In this document: one piece after another, positions 10,686 to 20,000 of the stretch
How positions within the stretch are numbered: position 1 is the first letter of the stretch
How the letters are laid out: every line of letters begins with the position of its first letter
Position numbers and translations under genes: made by a program
Source of the DNA: Vermamoeba vermiformis
Lineage: Eukaryota
Assembly: GCA_045837725.1 (NCBI GenBank)
Contig: JBEWZL010000095.1
Location: 118,219-138,218, forward strand
DNA: 20,000 bases
Reading direction: 5' to 3'
Notes under the pieces: model-generated
Seen by the model: the letters and a program-made list of their open reading frames with translations, nothing else
Databases searched by the model: none
What the model was told of the DNA's origin: nothing

Positions 10686-11069
10686 GCAGTGCAGAGTGAC
10701 AATAGGCTTATCATCATATACTTATCATATACTGCTGATGATGATGCTGGACCACGTGACGGAGAGTTGTTCCGGATCAAGCTGTTGACGGTACTTGTCT
10801 CGCGCGTCACAGCTCACACGACCACGATGTTAGGTGCCACGCACTAGTGTGGGTATATATGCACATGTACGTAGCATGCTGACGAAAATAAATTTGGGTG
10901 GTCAAGACTGATCCGATCAGAAACAAATTCAGTTCAACACTGAAGAGCACGAAGCAACCTATTTGTATATAACTAATAATAGAGGTTACTTTATATTACT
11001 TAGAGCTAGGCCTGTATCTCCCTTGCTTTAATGTCTGTCTATTGCTTGTTGACTGCGATCCAAAACTAG

Positions 11070-14000
11070 ATGCCATTAAAATCAGCGTTATTTAACTGGA
11101 CCCGGTGGTGCCAAGTATTTATATTACTAGCACTATCGCAGGTCAGTTTGTCAGCTCAATCTCGAGCGACCTGTGAAGGTATGTTTTATTTATTATTATT
11201 AAAATTCCATAATTACTAGATTCTGTCTGCAAGGATAATTTTTCAATTAATGCAAGCATGATAACTAATATTGATAATTAATATGCACCTAGACGGTACG
11301 ACGAGACAGTTCTTTGATCATTTTGTTAATGTCGCCGATCTATCGCCACAACCACAAACAGGCAATTACCGCGTTATTCCCAACTACTTTGTGCATCAGG
11401 TGGGTGCTATAACGTTATCTTACAATAATATACGCATATATACTGCATAATATGACTTTGACGGCTGTGTTACAAGCGAGTACACAGCAGTGAGGTCACA
11501 TCTGCCTCTCATTCGTTGTACACGATGCTAATGCTCGCCTATGCAGACCCATTCACACCCCGAAGTGAAGCGAGCTGATCCCCAGCCTATAGTGTAAGTA
11601 CTGTGCCCTCACGCTGCACGCAGTTCTGATCCACATCCAGGCCCGACAAACACGCCGCGAGTGTCGCTAATCCACACTCTACGCCTCAAGTGCAACTGTT
11701 GCCATATCACCTCTCATTCAACGAGCGGTACGTGACTAATGAGCCACTCTAAGCAGCATATTGACGCATGTGATTTCAGTCCCATCTGCTTGGCCTCGAT
11801 CGAATACATTGAAGTGCTCAATCTCTCTGACAAGGATGAGCTGCATATATTCTCTGTCGCCTCTGAGAGCGCGCACTTCCACGCTTCCTTCAAACACACC
11901 GTGCTGCCCCCGCGCGCGAATCTGTCGATCCCGGTGGTGTTCTTGGCGAAGGTGCTGGGCCCAGCAGAGACGAGTCTCGTGATACAGACCAATCTCGGCG
12001 GCTTCATCTACCAAGTGAGTGGTGTCGGCGTGCCCAATCAGTACGCAGTGGAGCCGCTGGTGGGTGTGAAGGTGTTGGTGCAGCACTGGTACAGCGCACC
12101 GATCACGCTCTACAACCCGACCAGCGACACCCTCGTCGTCAAGGAGGTGTTCACCAGCGGCGGGTTCTTGCACCTCTCACTGCCGGGCAGCGCTGGGCAC
12201 ACCCGTGGACAACAGACGGCTGTGGGAACTGACGCCCTATCAGCGCAAGCAGATCATCAATCTCGACTTTCAAGCGGCCAATGCGGGCAAGTATCAGGGC
12301 TTCATCTACATCAAGACTGATCGCGACATGCTCATCGTGCACGTCGAGGTCACGGTGGTGAAGAGTGCGCTGCAACTCACCGTGGACGAGCTGGACTTTG
12401 GCACACTGACCGCACTGCAGCACCGGCACAGTGCCACCGACCTCACCGCACCACTCACGCGCAGTGTCACACTCACGCTGCTCAACGGTCACGCGCATGC
12501 TGTGCACGTGCACGAACTCACCCTCTCAGCACTGCAGAATGATCCGAATATAGCTGCAAAGATCGATCTAAAAATAGACTTTCACGGCCCCATGGACCTG
12601 GCACCCCTCACATCACGTGACATTGGCACAGTAACATTTGCAGCCAAGGTCGATGGTGTCTACCGCGGAAAATTAGCTGTCAAAACCAATGACACGGCTC
12701 AAGCGCGCATCGAATTGCCTTTTAAGGCGCGTGTTATTGGTGGTCACGTGATCCCCGAGCTCGCGAGCACGACCTTCCCGATCAGCGTCAAAGGTCCCCC
12801 GTTCAGTGCTGTCGTGCAACCGATTCAACTGACCAACAAACTCGCCACGCCATTCACCGTGCTGACTGCAGAGCTCAACGATCCATTGTTCCGCATCACA
12901 CACTTGACACCTGTCAGTTCCGTGCCTGTCAACAGCACGTGGAGTGGTGTCACGGTGAGTTTCACGGCCAATTCCACGCAGAGTCACCGCAGCGAACTGA
13001 TACTGCGCACGAACATCACCACGCTGCACGTGCCCCTCACCTCGTACAGCGGTCGATTGCACTGCGCGGTCACTGGGGCTGCACTGCCGCGCCTCGTGAG
13101 CTTTGGCGTGGTGAGTGTCGGCGAGAGTGCGCACAAGACCCTCACGCTGCACAATCCCAATCCCGTGGCCATCGCCGTGCTGCAAATCAACTCGGATCTT
13201 GCGGGCCTCGCGGTGACACTCGATCACGTGACTGACACGCACGGTGACACGCAGCACCTGTCACGTGTGCTGAGCAGTGGACCGCGTGCCAAGGGTGAGT
13301 TGAAAGAGCCGCTGTTCAGCATTGAGAGCAACAGCACTGCGCAGCTGAGTGTGGCACTGTCCCCGCACCAAGAAGAGCTGCGCGAGGGCCGCATGCACAT
13401 CCGCACCTCACACGAGACACTGCGCCTCAATGTCAGCTATCACGCCCTGCACGGCAGTCTGCGCATTGAGCCGCACAGTCTCACATTCGATGAGCCTGCC
13501 TTCCCCGGCCTGCGCCTGCACCACTCGATCATGGCCCACAACTCATTCGCCCGCGCCATCAACATCTCGCACATGCACGCCAATGATCCGCGCTTCATAC
13601 CCGTGGTCGAGAAGCGAGTGGTGCAGCCCAATGTGATGACCAAAATAGGCTATTTGACCTTCGATCCCGCCCTCGCCCCGCACCACTACATGCTGCACAC
13701 GAGCACTGCCACGAGTGACGCACTGACCAGTGAAGAGCTCGAGGCCCGTCAGAGCTTGGACGCGATGTGGCAGCACGTACTCGACGAGCACAGCGAACAG
13801 ATCACCGCGCAGCTCACCGTGCACACTGACGTTGCAGTCACCCCCGTGCTCGCTGTGCACGCCTCACTCACACGCCCGTCCATTCTGCACAGCACCACAC
13901 TCGACTACGGACTCACGCAGCTGCACACACAGCGCACGCAGTACATTGTGCTGCACAACCCCAGCGATCAGCCAGTGCACGTGCAGCTCTTGCCACTCAC

Positions 14001-16743
14001 GGGCGCAGTGTCCTGGTGGCGCAGAGTGCAGGCGTGGCTGTGGCAGCAAGAGGCCGAGTTCTACTACCCCGCTGAGTGCACCACCACCGCACTGCTCGCA
14101 CCGCACCGACAAGTCAAGCTCGGTCCACTCATCTACGTGCCCCATCACCTCGGTGTCGACGAGATCACCGTCACTGTGCGCAACAATCTCACCGTGTACG
14201 AACAGATCAAAGTGATTGGCCAGGGTGGTTCAGGACACCTCACCCTGCACCAGGGTCACGGACACAGCGCTGCTGTCACACCTGCCACTGCTGTCGTGCT
14301 GCACTTGGACACCAAACAACTTGCACGCTGCGCGCGTGGTAGCACGAGTGGCATCAATGTCACGCACTCGTTCCAGCTCGTCAATGATGGCACATTGCCA
14401 CTCAAAGTTGATGCACTGGGAATCGATGCGGACACGTGCGAGACGGAAGACTTCAAGCTGCACAACTGCAAGCCCTTCTCACTGTCCCCCACACAGACAC
14501 ACAACCTCACCGTGACATTCACACCCGACTTCAGTGCTGCCACTGTGCGCCGCGACTTGGTGCTGTTCACCGATCACGGCACGTACTCCTTCCCACTCGT
14601 CGCGCACATGCCACCAGCAGAGGTGCAGCTCTGTGCTGAAGTGCAGGCCCCGCACTCCGCGCAAGTAGCACACACAGCGCGCACCCTGTTCATCGCCTTC
14701 TGCTTCTGCATGTTTGTCTTCTTCGTGGTGATCATCGTGCAGGAGTACCGCTATCAGCCACAGGGACCGCGCTACTCGGACAAGAGCGTGCCTGAAGACA
14801 TTGAACAGGACACCAAGCGACCCACCCCCGTGACAACCCCCACCGCGCCAGCACACCTCGCGCACCCCACACCCACTCCTACCACACCGAAATCTCCCTC
14901 GAAGCATACTCGTGACAGACGCGAGACACTCCCCGAACCTGCCCTGACACTGCCGTCGATGACGCTGGAGAGCAGTCACGTGACACCAGCGAGCACACCC
15001 CTGACCACCACGAGCGCGAGTCCGAAGAAAGCAGCAGTCACGCTCAACACGAGTGCTGCGAACACGAACACTGCGAGCACAGCGAACAAGAGCAGAGGGC
15101 GCTCCAACTCCAAGGGTCAGCGCGGCAAGATTGATCCGCAAGCACCCTTCACCATCACCACTGCCGTGCCCGTCACACCCACCACTGAACACAAGCCCAA
15201 GCCTGCCAAGACACGTGCTCACACTGCCCCCGACACCGCTGCGAGTGCTGATGTGACACCTGTCACTCACACGTCACACCTCACCACGCTCATCACACCT
15301 GTCACTGCTGCTGTCACCTCGAGTGTCACTTCACACTCCACTGTCGCGAACACCACTTTGACACCTGTCACTCACACGTCACACCTCACTACCCTCACCA
15401 CACCTGTCACTGCCCCTGTCACTTCGCACACCCCTGAAGTGCCAGTGCCGCACAACACCACCTTGACAGCTGTCACGCCCCTCACGCCAGCCCCCACTGT
15501 CACACCTGTCACCACGACATTGACCGCGCTCGCCACTGACAAGCCAGCCGCACGTCCAGCTACCGAAGATCGACCACCGCGCACCAAGAACGTCAAGCCC
15601 CCCAGCAACAATGTGCCGCCCTATCATCGCGGTCCTAAGCGCAGTCCCAAGAGCTGGGTGCGCAAAGACGAGAAGCAGAACGCTGAAGCCAAGCAAAGTG
15701 CCACCGAGTCCCCCGTGCCAGCAGTGGATGCAGTCAAGAGCGAGGAGCACACCGACACTGCCGATCGATCCAACAACTCCACCACCATTGCCAAAAAAGA
15801 GTACGTCAAGACCTTGTACAAGCCAGCACCGCGCGTGACAGGTGTCAAGACCCCGTCACCGAGTCACTCGCCCGACACGAGCAGCACACGCAGCGAGGGC
15901 AAAGCAGTGCGCAAGAGTCCGCTGCCCGTGAGTCCCATTCTCACCACCACACCGCTCAGTGCCCCGAGTCTGGAGAGTGCAGCGAGTGAGTTCAGCTACC
16001 TTGAGCACTACTACCCCGAGATTGAGGGCACGGAACTCGTCTACAACAGCATTGCCGCACTCACGGGCACGAGTGCCACCAACACCGCCGCGACCTTCAA
16101 CACCAATCTCGCTGCACCGGCACCCAGCTCACCGCACAACCGCAGCACGGTGCGCGATCCGTTCTCGTTCGGTGCCCTCGATCAGCGCATTCACACCGCG
16201 CAGTCACGTGCGCACCCACCCCCGCACGGCACGATTGGTTCAGTGAAGCCACGTGCTTTCGATCCCTGGGACAGACCCATTCTGTTCGATCTCGATGGTG
16301 ACAGCAGTCAGCACGTGGTCTCGCATTCCCCGCCCACCACGCAGTACACGTCACCGCACAGTCCTCCGAGTGACACGTGGACTGACACGCAGCACACCTC
16401 ACCCTCGCTGTTCACTGCACTGCCCCCGCTCTTTGCAGCCCCCTCGCAGCACTCCTTCTTCTCGTCCCCCACCTTCCCGCGCGTGAGCAAGTCGAGTGAT
16501 GACGTCATCACGCCACCCAGACCAGATCCAGCTGTCAATCCACTCTCCACCTCCGTCTCCTCGCTCACCGCCTACAACCCCTTCAACGGTGGCTCGTTGT
16601 TCGCGATGAGTGAGTCGCCCTTCACGCCCTTCGCGCCCTATCCGCACACCTCGTCCTTCGGCTCCTTCAACTTGCAGAACTTGTCGCAGCTGCGCAATGG
16701 GGACAGCACGCACGAGCCCCACCCTGCTGCGGATGATGCGTAG
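11070..16743 (+). CDS. TMEM131: TMEM131-like type I membrane protein (signal peptide, PapD/Ig-like luminal domains, TM helix, Thr/Pro/Ser-rich tail), with an apparent +1 frameshift near 12186-12204
   Basis: Signal-peptide exon 11070-11178, three small exons, then coding sequence from about 11780. HFHASF...VVFLAKVLG...GGFIYQVSGVGVPNQY...YNPTSDTLVVKEVFTSGGFLHLSLP...LWELTPY and RNNLT match TMEM131. TM helix LFIAFCFCMFVFFVVIIV at about 14686-14739. Confidence 0.85.
15254..15425 (+). repeat. Direct repeat of about 55 nt (period 105 nt) in the TMEM131 tail, encoding TPVTHTSHLTTLxTPVTA
   Basis: tgacacctgtcactcacacgtcacacctcac...cacacctgtcactgc starts at 15254 and again at 15359. Confidence 0.85.
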
Positions 16744-16935
16744 TGCTGTACATAGCAGTTGTTGCAGTGCACGTCATTGATCGCCAATAAACAGTGCAAT
16801 CTGTCCGCACCTGACGCGCGCTCGATCTGAACTCACCGAACAGTACTCGAGTGCGCGCCTTTTTAAGGCAAACAAAATTGTGTCTTTGCATTTGTATGTT
16901 ATTTTAAATAGGACCACCACCGTACTAATACAGCG

Positions 16936-19870
16936 ATGAGCAACGTGCAACCAGTGTTAGGCAAAGCGTCAGTGCGGATAGTGGTGGTGGGAGATCGTAC
17001 GTGTTAACTGTGCTATTATGAGCCTTTATTTGTATTAATACTATTACAATTTAGCGAAAGTAGGCAAGACGTCATTAATTACCTCCTTAGTTTCGGATGT
17101 GTTTCAAGAAAAGGCAAGTTCCCATCTGGCTGGCAAATACCCTCGTTCAATTATAATTATTTTAATTATTTTTGCATTTGATTAAATAGAATAATATTAA
17201 TATGACAAACGCATTTCGCGTATTGCGTACTTTACAATAATTATTAAATTGCCAGCTTGGATCCGCAATTTACTGCGCACTATATTTATCGTGCACGGAC
17301 CTTGTTCATACCCGTAGCATTTATATAATTGTTCAACGCACCTATTGTGCAGATCTGACCCCTCTCCATCATTAGGTAGCTCCAAAAGTCTCGCCGGTGA
17401 TCATTACCCCTGCCTCCACTCCTGAACACGTCGAAGTGCAGATTATTGACACATCGTGTAGGTCTATATGAGTGATATTCGCTTCTATGACGCATTTAAC
17501 GCATTGCATTGCAGCACGCGAGGCAGATCAGAGCGAAGTTGACGAGGAGATCCAGCGCGCCGATGTCATGTGCATCGTGTACGCAGTGAATGACGCAGCG
17601 AGCAAGGCCAGCATTCGCGACAACTGGCTGCCTCGTGTGCGACGCTTGGGCGTGTCAGTGCCGATCATACTGGTGGGCAACAAGGTGGATCTGGCCCTCA
17701 CTGAACGCTCTGTCAACGATCTCAAGCGCGAGCACGAGCCCATCATGAACGAGTACCGAGTAAGTGGCGTGTGACGTGGCAATCACGTGACTGATGTGCG
17801 GTGCAGGAAGTCGAGACGTGCATCGAATGTTCCGCCAAGACCTCGATGAATGTCGACGAGGTGTTCTTCTTCGCACAGAAAGCGGTGCTCTATCCCACAG
17901 CGGTGCTCTACGATCTCGCGGAAGAGGTAGGACTCGTGCACGTGTGCTGCCACAGACCACTGACCGCACCTGCAGCAATTCAAGCCCAAGTGCATTCAGG
18001 CCTTCAAGCGCATCTTCAAGCTGTGCGACATGGACAAGGACGGCGTGCTCGACGATCACGAGGTGAACGAGTTTCAGGTACGTCGCGCGCACTGTCCGCA
18101 CCACTGATGATGATTGACACGTGTCACGCACACAGCGCAAGTGCTTCGAGGGATCGTTGACAGCGAGTGAATTGGACAAGTTGAAGGCCTCGGTGAAGAA
18201 GCACAATCCGATTGGTGTCAGCGAGCACGGCCTCACCATGGAGGGCTTCTTGTTCTTGCAGCACTTCTTCATTCAAAAGTACGCGCTGCTCTGACACCTG
18301 TTATGCGTGTCAACTCACTGTTTGTTGTAGGGGACGATTGGAGACTATTTGGACTATTCTACGCAAATTTGGCTACAACGACAAGCTGGATCTGGACGAA
18401 TCTTTTGTGTGCCCTGAGTGAGTCATCAGTCTCATACTGAGTACTTATATATAATACATATGCATGCTCACAATCTTGTCCATGCAGAATTGAAGTGCGA
18501 GAGAGCGAGGGAGAGAGAGCGGAAATTTCCTCGCAGGGCTACGGCTTCTTGACCGATTTGTTCCGCCGTCACGATCTCGACCAAGACGGCGTGTTGAATG
18601 CGAGTGAATTGAGCGAACTGTTTTCCGTCTGTCCCGAGCACACGCACCCGTGGGAACAGTTTCAATTCCCGCACTGCACTGCCACTGACAAGCACGGAAA
18701 TCTCACGCTGCAGGGATTCTTGGGCATGTGGAGGTAACTGTTTGACACGTGTCACCTGTCACGCTAACATGTGACAGCATGCTCTGTTTGTACGATTATC
18801 GCACAGCAATGCGGTACTTGAATTATTTGGGCTTTGAACCGAAAGAGAGTCGCAGCGAGTGTTTGGTCGTCACGCAGTAAGTGGATGCAGACCTCTGTTT
18901 GACACCTGTCATAATGTCTAATGCCAACTTGCGCAGAATTAACAATCCTGAACGCGCTCGCACAGTGTTCCACGCGCTAGTGTTTGGAGCTAAAAATAGT
19001 GGCAAGGTATGCGAAGAGAGTGTTGTAGTGATTGCACTTATTAACAGCTAAAAATAGAGCTCAATTCTGCGCGGATTTCTCAACAAACCATTTGTGGCTG
19101 AACACGCCGAGCCACTGTCCTATGCTGTCAACAGTGTGGAGAATCAGCGCGTGTTAGTGGTGCGTCTAAATATAGTATTGAACGCCGCGTTCATTCGCTG
19201 ACACGTTTGACAGCTGCACGAGGTGACAGGTGCGGACGAGACACGTGTGCTCGAGACCCTCGAAGACATTGCACGCTGCGATCTGTTCCTGTTCGTGTAC
19301 GATCAGAGCGATGCCAGCGCATTCAATCACGTGCTCGAGCTCTACAACACGCACATTCACGCGCAACAACTGCTCAGCGAGGATGGCACGCGTCAGATTT
19401 CACTCAGTCACGTGCCTGCATTGCTCGTGCAGTGCAAGAGCGACCTGCCCAAGGCCGCGCAGGTGTGTGGTGCTAAAATTAGCCGTTGAACAACATTCAT
19501 CGCTAACTGTACTTGTAGGTGTCGAAGATGAGTCCCGAGGCATTTGCACGCACATTCAAGCTCAACACAGTGGCTGTGTCCCCTGCACGCAACGAATTCA
19601 ACGACCTGTTCAATCAAGCTGTCAATCTCGTGTTGCGGTAAGTGACATCTGGTCATCGGGGAACATTGTAATAATGCTGACTGTGATTGAAGTGCCAATC
19701 GAACTCAGAAGCCACGCTCAACCAGTAGCAGGTGGAGTGCGCCATACTTCTTGTTGTACGGCCTCACCGTGGGTCTGATTGTGGGTGGAGGTGTAGTTTT
19801 GACACGTGTCTTGCAACATAAGCACGTCAACCTGTCACACTTCAAGCTACCTTCGTGGCAACGAAAATAG
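16936..19870 (+). CDS. RHOT: Mitochondrial Rho GTPase (Miro/Gem1): GTPase - 2 EF-hands - GTPase - C-terminal TM; about 15 exons
   Basis: [59 protein letters not shown]-hands [12 protein letters not shown] and [27 protein letters not shown], second P-loop GAKNSGKSS, and tail anchor [18 protein letters not shown]. Stop TAG at 19868-19870. Intron 2 is GC-AG. Confidence 0.95.
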
Positions 19871-20000
19871 GTGTTAATATGCAAACCAATTCATTAATTG
19901 AAGGCGGAATTCAATAAACTGTAATTAGTACTATATTGCAAGCTAAGTTGTGACAAAGCATGTATCATCGCCTCAATGTTCACTTTGTGATACATAGTCT

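Noticed and set aside
10730-10915. Possible C/D-box snoRNA (TGATGA near 10736, CTGA near 10879/10908) in the ARMC7-TMEM131 spacer
   Set aside because: No terminal stem or recognisable rRNA guide seen; the boxes are short enough to occur by chance.
12673-16722. Numerous short alternative-frame and antisense ORFs within TMEM131
   Set aside because: Expected by-products of GC-rich coding sequence; no recognisable motifs.
1-20000. Prokaryotic systems, CRISPR arrays, transposons, tRNA/rRNA genes
   Set aside because: The sequence is spliced eukaryotic genes throughout. I saw no spaced direct-repeat array, transposase or RT motif, or structural RNA.

Overview
Compact, intron-rich eukaryotic DNA, probably from a protist (lineage not determinable from the sequence alone). 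Introns are short GT-AG with CTRAC/CTAAC-like branch sites, and intergenic spacers are about 100-400 bp. Eight genes can be spliced together by hand: the 5' end of a RalGAP-alpha-like gene (-), HAUS1/augmin (-), an unusual kinesin fusion (+), a PIP kinase (-), YAE1 (+), ARMC7 (+), TMEM131 (+, with an apparent internal +1 frameshift) and Miro GTPase (+). The most notable item is the 8-exon gene at 1809-6046 (about 1225 aa). It joins a kinesin-1-like motor to a TM helix, an intact J-domain (HPD), Cys-Pro repeats, a DNAJC16/ERdj8-like region and a C-terminal hydrophobic anchor. Also notable are a strongly over-represented palindrome TGACA-SS-TGTCA (10 exact copies) and a type-II (PIP4K)-like activation loop in the PIP kinase. 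Family assignments come from recalled motifs, not database searches.
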